From: Candidatus Melainabacteria bacterium 17Bon1m
Lineage (GTDB): Bacteria; Cyanobacteriota; Vampirovibrionia; Obscuribacterales; Obscuribacteraceae
Direction: 5' to 3'
NCBI GenBank assembly: GCA_032128875.1
Contig: JAVLKG010000008.1
Coordinates: 32,001-96,000 of the forward strand
Length of the DNA: 64,000 nt
Part shown: piece after piece, positions 10,865 to 19,264 of the stretch
Position numbering within the stretch: the stretch's first letter is position 1
Layout: each line of letters starts with the position of its first letter
Translations under genes and position numbers: made by a program
The notes under the pieces: generated by a model
What the model was told of the DNA's origin: nothing
Database searches by the model: none
Seen by the model: the letters and a program-made list of their open reading frames with translations, nothing else

Positions 10865-12196
10865 ATGCGAGCAGAGACAAACTTAATAGATAAAGTGACA
10901 AGGCAACTTGAAGAGCAAGGCTTTACATTTTTGAAATCCGCGAACAGATTTCGACGGAAAAACGGAAAGAACACAGACTCGATTCGCATAATTGTTGACG
11001 GTGGAAAGCGTTTTTTTGCGCAGTATTGGAGCTGGAATCAACGCGTTGAGGAATTGTTCGCGGAAATTCGAGGAATTTCACTAAATGAAGCAACTGCATG
11101 GACTATCAGAAGTCTGCCAGAAAATGACAAAAAGAGTTGGACGTTGCCAGGTAGTGAGCTCCCTTCTGACTTTGTTCTGCACTTGAACAACACCATTATG
11201 CCTTGGTTTGAAAGACAAACTGAGTTAGCCAGTCTGAGGCAGTTATTGGAGGAAAGAGAATTTAAGCGTGACGAATGGTTACGGGTTCTTGTAATCGATA
11301 AAATGTTGAATGATATCGAACATGCAAAAAACTTTCGAATAAGAATTATCAGTTGGCTATCAACAGCCAATCTAACTTCTCAATCATTGGGACAAGAAGC
11401 ATACAAGAAGTTCAGCGACAAATTTCCAGAGTTTTTTGTATCTTTACCTATACTCGATCAAAATGATGATGCAGATAAAAGAAAAGAAGATGCTGACTTT
11501 CAGCTGGCATGTGAAAAATCTTTCGCGACCCAATTTCCTCTTAATGCAGAGCGCTTGTACGTTTTTTTATTTCTTGGATTATCAACATCCCCATTTTGGA
11601 ATTGGAAGAATTGGGAAAACATTTTTCCTATCTTTGACCCTTTGTTAGCAACTTGTCGAGGCAAAGCGCAAATACAGACAATTCAGACAAGAAATGGGAA
11701 GGCAATTTCGCTGGGAGCATTGAACTGGAGCCCAACTTCTCATCAAAAATGGACACATAATTCTCCCGGAAGTCTACCTAACGTCAATGACGCACAGTTT
11801 CTCTCGCTAACGGTCTTTGCTCCTTCCCTTAAACAATGCGAGTCAGAAAAATTCCCACCGGATTTGATCCTCTATTTTCAAAATGAGTCTCTATCCGATG
11901 AGAAGCAAGAATTTGATTCGACAGTAATAGTTGCATTTCGAGAGTCATACTGGAGAAACCACTCACTTTCCATTGCTCCGGCATTGCAAGAAATTTCCAA
12001 GAAATTCAATTCCAAGTTAGTAGCAAAAATAGAGAGACCGTTTCTGTTCAGTGGTAATCAATTCCATAGCCTCATTGATTTGCCCTTAGGAATTTTTCGC
12101 CCTGGAAGAGCAAAACAGGTACTAGGTGCAAAGCTTCAAGCCCTATTAGGACCGTGGGCCGAAGTTCAAAGTTTTGAGCCGAATTCTATTATTTAA
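10865..12196 (+). CDS. Putative immunity protein, probably two domains (N-terminal DUF4304-like)
   Basis: Directly downstream of rhs; visibly AT-rich; N-terminus LEEQGFTFLKSANRFRRKNG resembles DUF4304-type proteins. Confidence 0.55.
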   Translation: MRAETNLIDKVTRQLEEQGFTFLKSANRFRRKNGKNTDSIRIIVDGGKRFFAQYWSWNQRVEELFAEIRGISLNEATAWTIRSLPENDKKSWTLPGSELPSDFVLHLNNTIMPWFERQTELASLRQLLEEREFKRDEWLRVLVIDKMLNDIEHAKNFRIRIISWLSTANLTSQSLGQEAYKKFSDKFPEFFVSLPILDQNDDADKRKEDADFQLACEKSFATQFPLNAERLYVFLFLGLSTSPFWNWKNWENIFPIFDPLLATCRGKAQIQTIQTRNGKAISLGALNWSPTSHQKWTHNSPGSLPNVNDAQFLSLTVFAPSLKQCESEKFPPDLILYFQNESLSDEKQEFDSTVIVAFRESYWRNHSLSIAPALQEISKKFNSKLVAKIERPFLFSGNQFHSLIDLPLGIFRPGRAKQVLGAKLQALLGPWAEVQSFEPNSII

Positions 12197-12272
12197 AAGC
12201 ATATCTGTCTCGATACAGCCTCAGGAAATTTAACTTCGCTCAATTACTACCATCATCGATAGTAATACGTAT

Positions 12273-12318
12273 AAAAAAGCGAGAGCTGAAGGCAGTTTTC
12301 ACCACCTTCAGCTCCGCT
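12273..12318 (-). terminator. Rho-independent terminator of the CDF transporter gene
   Basis: GAGCTGAAGG/CCTTCAGCTC stem preceded by AAAAAA on the plus strand, between convergent genes. Confidence 0.75.
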
Positions 12319-12344
12319 TCCTTTGAATGTTCAGGCGCTAGCGA

Positions 12345-13322
12345 CTAGGTCTCGCCGGCGGCTGTATTGATGCAGATTCCATCGAGAGATTTGCACTCAG
12401 CTTGCTCGATCTGGAGCGTGCTGTGATGCAGCTCGAAATCGTGCTGAACGATGTGCGTTATCTCCGTCAGGACTCTGTCGGAGTTCGCATTCTGGTCGAC
12501 GACGACGTGCGCGGAAAGCGCATCACGACCGGATGTGATTGTCCAGACGTGCAGGTCATGCACATCCATCACGCCACGAACTTTAAGGATCGAGGCGCGA
12601 AGCTTTTCCAGATTGACGCGACTGGGACTGCCTTCCATGAGGATGTGCACGCAGTCGCCAATCAGTTTCCACGTGCGCGGAATAATCATCAAGCCAATCA
12701 AACCGGAGACAATCGGGTCGACGATTGTCCAGCCGGTGAACATGATGATTAAGCTGGCGACGATGACGGCGGCAGACCCGAGAAGGTCGCTCATCACTTC
12801 GAGATATGCGGCTTTCGCGTTGAGCGAATCGCCGGAGTGAGAGTGCAGCAAACGCGCCGCAATCAGGTTGACGACGAGTCCACCGATTGCAACGAGCAGC
12901 ATTGGTCCACTCAAAATCTCAGACGGATTGGTAAACCGCTGAAACGCCTCGAAGAGGATGTACAGCGACAACCCAATGAGCACAACGCCGTTGAATAGAG
13001 CCGCCAGGATTTCCGTGCGGTAGTAGCCGTAGGTCTTATCTTTGCTCGGCTTCCTGCCGGCAAACCAGACCGCGAGCAGGGCAAGCAGAATTGCGGCGCT
13101 GTCACCAAGCATGTGTCCGGCGTCGGCAAGCAGCGCAAGACTGCCGGTGAGAAGTCCGCCAACGACCTCGACAGCCATGAAGGTGAAGGTCAAGCAGAGC
13201 ACAGCAATCATCGCCCCTTTGCTCTTCTTGCGAAGCGCGGCGAAATCGTTGTGGCTGTGACCGTGTCCTCCATGACCGTGATTATGTTCGTGGTCGTGAT
13301 TATGCTGATGTTCGTGAGACAT
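12345..13322 (-). CDS. czcD: Cation diffusion facilitator (Zn/Co/Cd efflux, CzcD/ZitB family)
   Basis: His-rich N-terminus; SLALLADAGHMLGD, TYGYYRTEIL and HDLHVW motifs; GGAGGAG RBS before ATG 13322. Confidence 0.92.
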   Translation of the reverse strand: MSHEHQHNHDHEHNHGHGGHGHSHNDFAALRKKSKGAMIAVLCLTFTFMAVEVVGGLLTGSLALLADAGHMLGDSAAILLALLAVWFAGRKPSKDKTYGYYRTEILAALFNGVVLIGLSLYILFEAFQRFTNPSEILSGPMLLVAIGGLVVNLIAARLLHSHSGDSLNAKAAYLEVMSDLLGSAAVIVASLIIMFTGWTIVDPIVSGLIGLMIIPRTWKLIGDCVHILMEGSPSRVNLEKLRASILKVRGVMDVHDLHVWTITSGRDALSAHVVVDQNANSDRVLTEITHIVQHDFELHHSTLQIEQAECKSLDGICINTAAGET

Positions 13323-13403
13323 TAGCTCCTCCACATTTCAGAAAGACACGCGAGGGCCGGAGGTAGTTGTCACCACCTCCAGCTTGTCTCGCGTGTCTTT
13401 GCG

Positions 13404-14435
13404 TTAAACGGCGTTATCCGCCGTGGTGGCACTGGTAGTGCCAGCCACTGAGTCAGTCGCAGGGTTCCCCGCAGAGTCCTCCGTCGAGTCGGCAGGTGTC
13501 GCCACCGGCTCCGGCTCAGGCAATTTCTCCAGCGGCCACCTGTCGAGATGGGCACCATCCGGCTCGTCGACGTCCACCTGTTCGATGAAGTCGATTGCCA
13601 GTTGCATCGCTACGGCGAATTGCAATTCCGCCACGAGGTCGATGATCGAGTCCTTGATAGCGTGCAGGCTCGAGCGACCGCTCGTGTAGACATGCGGCGC
13701 ATGCTGGTCAGAGCGACCACCATGAACACGGCGCGTCTGGTTGTACCAACGCACGCAGTCAGCCTGACCATCGGTGAAGAACTGAATGACGTACGCACCC
13801 AGCTCGTGATTCTTGCGGCTGCGGTTGTCGTAGGCGAAGAGCGTTTCGGTGTAGACGGAGATGACTCCGTCTTCCACGCTGACGTCCTTCACTTTCGGCA
13901 CATCGAATATGGCGTCGAACTCGCGCGCATAGGTCTCGCGGTCGATAAGGGGAGCGCCGTGAGCCCTTCCCTCCTCGATGCGAATGGCGCGCAGTTCGCG
14001 GACCAACTCATGCTGCAAGCGCTCGATTTGCGAACGTTCGGTCGACAGCACCTGACGGTTCTGCACAACCAGTTCGCTCACGCGCGTAGAGCAGGCGGCG
14101 ATGTAGAGTTCGCGATATTTCTGGTGCTCGGCGTCGAGCTCCGGACGTTTCGCTTTTACCACATCGGTCTTCTTGCTCGGACCTGCGGTCGACTTGTCGC
14201 CTTCGGTCGCGGTGGTTTCGGCAGCGCCATAGACAACCTGAATGATGCCATCGTAGACGGTGGCAGCTTGCTTCTTCTCGACGAAGTTGAGAACCTGCAG
14301 AGCGAAGTTCTTGTTCGTCTCGTCGAACAGCAAACCGTTCTGGTCGCCGATGACCATGTCGCTGAAGACGACCAGACTATCAGCGAGTTGGACCTTCTGC
14401 TTGTCGTTCAAGCCGGTCAAAAAGTAGTGTTTCAT
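13404..14435 (-). CDS. E2-like (UBC-fold) protein lacking the catalytic Cys; paralog of the upstream gene
   Basis: C-terminal HAPHVYTSGRSSLH aligns with HAPHVWPDGNACLG of the neighbour; shared N-terminal FLTGL domain. Confidence 0.6.
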   Translation of the reverse strand: MKHYFLTGLNDKQKVQLADSLVVFSDMVIGDQNGLLFDETNKNFALQVLNFVEKKQAATVYDGIIQVVYGAAETTATEGDKSTAGPSKKTDVVKAKRPELDAEHQKYRELYIAACSTRVSELVVQNRQVLSTERSQIERLQHELVRELRAIRIEEGRAHGAPLIDRETYAREFDAIFDVPKVKDVSVEDGVISVYTETLFAYDNRSRKNHELGAYVIQFFTDGQADCVRWYNQTRRVHGGRSDQHAPHVYTSGRSSLHAIKDSIIDLVAELQFAVAMQLAIDFIEQVDVDEPDGAHLDRWPLEKLPEPEPVATPADSTEDSAGNPATDSVAGTTSATTADNAV

Positions 14436-14451
14436 CTTTTATCTCCTGGCT

Positions 14452-15882
14452 CTATCGAGCGGCGCGAGGCCAGCTGCTGATGTACTTTCCGGCAGCGTCG
14501 GAGGTGTTGGCTGCCTGCACGAACTCGATGGCGAGCTGTGCGGCAATCGACCACTGGCGCTGAGCGAAAAGCTTGGGGAAGATGTCGGCAGTGTTGCCCA
14601 AGCACGCGTTGCCGTCCGGCCACACGTGAGGCGCATGCTGACCGGCTTTCATGCCGTTGACGGTGCGCGTCAGATTCTTCCAGTTGGGCATGCTGCCGGT
14701 GAAGGGCAGCATGATCTTGAAGGCGCCGATTTCGTGCAAGATGCCCGAGCGCTCGTCGCGGCAATTGAGGATGTCCGTGTAGATGACGATGGCGTTGCCT
14801 TCGACCTTCACGTCCTTGACGTACTTGACCTTCATCAGGTTTTCGTACTCGATGCCGAATTCGTCGAGGTTGACGTTTTCGTCGGTGAGCAGCTTGCGCT
14901 CTTTGGCGCGCGCTTCGGAAATCGCATGCGTAAGACGCTTGCGCAGTGATTGCACATTCGTCTTGCGCTCCTGCAACTTCTTCGGGTCGACATAGCCATT
15001 GGCGGTGCCGATTGCCGAAACACCCTTCTCGCCCGGCTGCAGCCCGTTAGCTCCATCAAAGCGGGAATTGGAATGCAGGCTGGAGGCGTGGCTTCGCAAC
15101 CCCGCCGGAAGTTCATGCTCAGTGCCACTATCGGCGGTATCGCGAACAACACGCACAGTGGACTTGGCACATTCCTCTACGAAGCGCCGACGCATCATGG
15201 TGCGACGGTCTTCCGCCGGCATCTCGACAACACTAGCCATCTTCTGCATCAGCACGCGGAACATGCGGACGCGGTCGTTGTCGTACTTGTCGAAGAAGTT
15301 CATGTGCACGTAGAGGTTATTCGGCGCGACATATTCAGCGACCGGATAACCGCTCGCCTCATCCGCAATCGTCACACCGCGCCCGGAAGCGTGGAAGCTG
15401 AGATTGCGGCTGGCATTGGGAATGCCCCAAATGACCGCAGGCGGCGTGGCGCCCGGTGCGACGTACTTCACGGGCGAGCTTTGCAAGTGGATGTGGAACT
15501 GCGCGTCGATGATCGGTTCGCAGTTGTAGCCCTGGCGGTGGTGCAACGTCACCGGGCGATCGATGACCGGGACGAGAAGAAGACGTACCGCTTCGTGGAG
15601 ATCGTCATTCTCTTTACCCTTCCAGTCGTTCGTCACCTTGTGCGCGCGAGCGGGCTGTCCCGGAGCCTTGACCTTGAGCACCGCTTTAGCGATGCCCTCG
15701 AAGGCTGACGGCTCCTGCGATTCGACGTATGCGTTGAGCGCGACGAGTGCCGCGTCCAGATGCTGCTGTTCGATCATGACACCGAACTCTTCGCCCAGTG
15801 TCAGGTCGTAGCAGGGTACATTCGCGCTGGCCAAACGAGCTCTATGATCGTTGGTCAACCCAGTTAAGAACACATTGCTCAT
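14452..15882 (-). CDS. Prokaryotic E2-like protein with putative catalytic Cys
   Basis: HAPHVWPDGNACLGN resembles the E2 signature HPN(I/V)xxxGxICL. Start MSNVFLTGL at 15882 is supported by a GGAG RBS and paralog alignment; alternative start at 16062. Confidence 0.65.
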   Translation of the reverse strand: MSNVFLTGLTNDHRARLASANVPCYDLTLGEEFGVMIEQQHLDAALVALNAYVESQEPSAFEGIAKAVLKVKAPGQPARAHKVTNDWKGKENDDLHEAVRLLLVPVIDRPVTLHHRQGYNCEPIIDAQFHIHLQSSPVKYVAPGATPPAVIWGIPNASRNLSFHASGRGVTIADEASGYPVAEYVAPNNLYVHMNFFDKYDNDRVRMFRVLMQKMASVVEMPAEDRRTMMRRRFVEECAKSTVRVVRDTADSGTEHELPAGLRSHASSLHSNSRFDGANGLQPGEKGVSAIGTANGYVDPKKLQERKTNVQSLRKRLTHAISEARAKERKLLTDENVNLDEFGIEYENLMKVKYVKDVKVEGNAIVIYTDILNCRDERSGILHEIGAFKIMLPFTGSMPNWKNLTRTVNGMKAGQHAPHVWPDGNACLGNTADIFPKLFAQRQWSIAAQLAIEFVQAANTSDAAGKYISSWPRAAR

Positions 15883-16051
15883 TGGAGTGGCTCCATTTTT
15901 AGCCTGTGGCAGCGCCGGCTGTGCCGCCCGAGTGCGGGTCGCCGACGCCTTTGGCTTACTGACGGTTGTCCTCTTCGGCGGTGGCGGAGGAGGGGGTGGA
16001 ACGCGTCGAGTAGTAGTGGTGCGAGATGTGGTGCGTGCGGGCGTGCGTGAC

Positions 16052-18442
16052 CTAGTTGGCATGACGCAGCTCGTAGTCGGCGACGGTCGGGCTGTCGCCC
16101 GGCACTGCCAACGCAACTTCGCTTGCCATCCGCGCCGCGGCTGCATTCGCATCCAGAGCGAGAGGCACGTTGTACCGCTGCGAGGCGGTAGCAACAGGAA
16201 GGGTTGAGCCAATGGGCGCGGCGGTCTCGGCGCTGCGCAGGCTCTTCCAGGTATCCATTCCGTAGTCGGCGTAGCCCTGCTGCTGCGCGAACAGGCGCGC
16301 GGCGGCGTCATTGCTCATCGACATCATTTGCAGGCAGAGCCACCAGGTGTCCAGGTGCGCGTCAAAGAGCACGTTTTGCGCCCTGTCAGCGTCGCTCTGA
16401 GCGTCTTTGTAGTGCCGCTGCTGGTAGGCAGCATAGGCGCTCTCCAGAAGCTGCATAGCGGGCGTCGTGTGGCAATAGAGCCCATAGCCGTAAGCGACGC
16501 CGTTGACGACGCGGCGATATGGCAGGTTTTGGCAGGCGGCGATGTCGGATTCCAGCTGCGTGAGCAGCGAGAAAGCCTTAGCGTCCGCAGCCAGCTCTTG
16601 CGAGATGAGGTCTGCTGCCGGCTTCAACTGCAGGTCGACGCCCACAGTGGCAAACTGCAGTTTTACCCAATCTTGCTTCGGCACTTCCGCCTGATCTTCG
16701 ATTTCCTTCACCGCAGGCTGCGTGTTGGCGAGCATCTCTGCCGCTTCCGCGCCGCCCCAGTTGTCGCCGGATTTGGCGAGCAGGTCGTCGAGCTTGTTGA
16801 CGAGCGAGCGCACGAGCTGCTGAGCGCGCTCGTACTGTTCTTGCTGGCGCTTGATCAGCTCGGCAAGCGAAGTCTCTTGCGGTCCGCAAACGGACTCAAG
16901 GATGATCGCCACCTGACTCATGAGCGCTGCCCAGTCGGTGCGACCCAACTGCGAAGTTTCCTTCAAGCGCGCCGACTCAGAGTCGATCGTTGCGGAAAAC
17001 TCGTCCGCGCCGGGCGAGAAGATATGCGGCAGGCGCGTGAGCATAAGAACATTGGACGCCTGCTTCTGCAGCAAGTTGTCCACCGCCTTACGCGCTTCCA
17101 GACGCTGCTGGTGCAGCCCGTAGAGGGTCGCAACAGACGCCTGCGCCGCCCGCCACTTCTGAGCGGTGTAGAGCACGCTGATAGCGTCGCTGTCTGCGCG
17201 GTCGGCGTCCAGGTCAGCCTTCGTCGAATTGTCGAGGATGGCGTTCATCTGCTCGTCGACGGCTTGCTTGGCAGCGAGCACCTCATCGACGATGCGCTTC
17301 GCTTCACGCAAGGCGCGCTCGGCGGCAGGCAACGTGCGCTCGAAAGCACCAGATTCACCCGCGTACAGCTGAGTTTTGAGCTTCTCCAGATTGGTCGAAG
17401 CGCTGTCGAGCTGCTTGTTCAGCTCATCATCATCCTCGGCAAAACGGAAAAACTGCGGCTCCGCATCGAAATCGACAGCATCGGGATAGCCCGAATTGAG
17501 CGGCTTCGCTCGCAGACCTGCAACGCGCTGCGTCTGAACACGCACACTCTCGCGATAAGCAAGCAGCGACTTGAACAGCTCCAGAGCCTTGAGCAGGGTG
17601 TTGCGGAAAGCCGTGATCTTCGCAGTGATAGTCACTTCCGCGCGAGAGAAGTCGGTGAGCGGGTCACCATTCACCTGCGCAGCAAACGCATCCACTCCCG
17701 CGCTCACGTTGCCGAACTCGGCTTCGTAAGGACCGAACGGCAGCTCTTGCGTCGCGCCGACGCGATTCTTCAGCGCGGTGATATTGTCCGGGGCAAGTCC
17801 GAAGACCGTGTCACGAACTCGCTTGTCGGCGGCTTGAGCGCTCCGCATAGCGCCTTGAATGCGCTCAAGAGTGCTGCGCCCTTGCGCGCCCTTCGATTCC
17901 AATTCACCGCTCAATTGGGTTCCCGTCTGAGTTGCAACGGGTGCCAGTCCAGCAAGCTCTTTCAGCGCACCGCCTGCAAGGCAGTTGCTGTCGATAGTCA
18001 GCGGAGTATCGGTGAGCTTGTGAATGGCGGTCTTGAGCGGCTTGTGCGAAAGCTGCCACCACTTGCGCTCGGCAAATCGCTTGCGCAGGTCTTCAGCTTC
18101 CTTGATGGTGTTCTCGGCAACGACTCGCTGTGCGGACCAGAATGACCAGTCCTTGCGCGCCGCGTCGAGAGTTTCCTTGCTTGCGCCTGTGAACACCGTT
18201 CGGCCGTTTACCAGCCCGTTGCGGTCACTTCGCAATGATTGATCGGCGTTGGATGTTGCTCGAATCATATTCGTCCAGGCGCTGTGCGAGGTCGAATACT
18301 GTCGTTCGAGCTGGAACCGGATGCGCCGCCGCACATAGCCGGTCACAGAGATAGCGATCACAATCAACCCGAGCAGAATCGCCCCAGCCACGAATGGGCT
18401 GAGAGTCAGTCCGGCGATTGTTATGGGTGTCGTGAGACTCAT
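16052..18442 (-). CDS. Single-TM, long helical/coiled-coil protein (EzrA-like architecture)
   Basis: AGAGGA RBS before ATG 18442; one N-terminal TM followed by RRRIR; about 750 aa of Ala/Leu/Gln/Glu-rich helical sequence. Confidence 0.75.
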   Translation of the reverse strand: MSLTTPITIAGLTLSPFVAGAILLGLIVIAISVTGYVRRRIRFQLERQYSTSHSAWTNMIRATSNADQSLRSDRNGLVNGRTVFTGASKETLDAARKDWSFWSAQRVVAENTIKEAEDLRKRFAERKWWQLSHKPLKTAIHKLTDTPLTIDSNCLAGGALKELAGLAPVATQTGTQLSGELESKGAQGRSTLERIQGAMRSAQAADKRVRDTVFGLAPDNITALKNRVGATQELPFGPYEAEFGNVSAGVDAFAAQVNGDPLTDFSRAEVTITAKITAFRNTLLKALELFKSLLAYRESVRVQTQRVAGLRAKPLNSGYPDAVDFDAEPQFFRFAEDDDELNKQLDSASTNLEKLKTQLYAGESGAFERTLPAAERALREAKRIVDEVLAAKQAVDEQMNAILDNSTKADLDADRADSDAISVLYTAQKWRAAQASVATLYGLHQQRLEARKAVDNLLQKQASNVLMLTRLPHIFSPGADEFSATIDSESARLKETSQLGRTDWAALMSQVAIILESVCGPQETSLAELIKRQQEQYERAQQLVRSLVNKLDDLLAKSGDNWGGAEAAEMLANTQPAVKEIEDQAEVPKQDWVKLQFATVGVDLQLKPAADLISQELAADAKAFSLLTQLESDIAACQNLPYRRVVNGVAYGYGLYCHTTPAMQLLESAYAAYQQRHYKDAQSDADRAQNVLFDAHLDTWWLCLQMMSMSNDAAARLFAQQQGYADYGMDTWKSLRSAETAAPIGSTLPVATASQRYNVPLALDANAAAARMASEVALAVPGDSPTVADYELRHAN

Positions 18443-18865
18443 TTCAGTTTTCCTCTTTTTCAGAGAGATAGATCGACGAGAGAGAGAGAGGAGGCTCCTG
18501 GCCTCCGATATGCGACAGCTCTTTTCAACCTGGCGAGAGAAGTTCTGCTCGTTTTGGTTGGAGATGCCCAAAGTTCTTGTAGAGAATCCTCAACGCTATG
18601 GCTGAAGATTCACAACAAGTATTATTGACATCCGCTCATCTGCTATTTGACATCTGCTCGCGCGTCGTCGGACACACATAGAAAACGTGCGCAGGCGTAA
18701 GTAAATGTCTTGAACGAGAAGAGTTTTCGCGCTGTTACAGGGGTTGTAGAGAAGAAAGAAAAATGCCTGATTAAGTTGCCACGTGCGCAGGTGCAAGATC
18801 TACTCCGCGCGATAAATCATTTCTTTTCAACCAGTAAAAGTAATATAAAAGCTCGCGCGAGCGCC

Positions 18866-18989
18866 TGACAATCACCTCGCGCGACCACATGACAATGAGC
18901 AACACAGCCACATGACAATAGAGGGAGCAACCACATGACAAATACAAACTTCAGCCCCCGTGACAATCCTTAGCGCCAACGCTTGACAT
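18866..18989. promoter_or_regulatory. Periodic array of six TGACA(A/T) sites
   Basis: TGACAA at 18866, 18890, 18913, 18936 and 18961, TGACAT at 18984; the copies at 18890, 18913 and 18936 extend to CCACATGACAA. Confidence 0.65.
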
Positions 18990-19264
18990 TGCCGTTTCTT
19001 ACGATTTAGCCTCTCGCGCAGCACGCGAAAACAGCCCTGCCTGGCGCACCACATTCGGTATCAAAGCGGTTGAAAGGGTTCTTGAATCTTCAAAACATGC
19101 CGGAATCCAACAAGGATTTGCCGTCTCATAAATCAAAACGCCGCGTGAAATCGCCTATTGACAGGCGATTTCAGATATCCCTTACTCATACATTGGGCTA
19201 TCATATCGAAAGCCAGGCACGGTGCACGGCGCCGATTGTGTTCAAAGGGGAGTATACAGTCGTT

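Noticed and set aside
16328-18145. 605-aa plus-strand ORF
   Set aside because: Antisense shadow of the 796-aa minus-strand gene; no recognisable motifs.
18478-18490. (GA)6 microsatellite as a phase-variation tract
   Set aside because: Short and outside the likely coding region, with no evidence of variability from one sequence.
18866-18989. Possible mini-CRISPR
   Set aside because: The conserved unit is only 5-11 bp with a period of about 23 bp, far below CRISPR dimensions.
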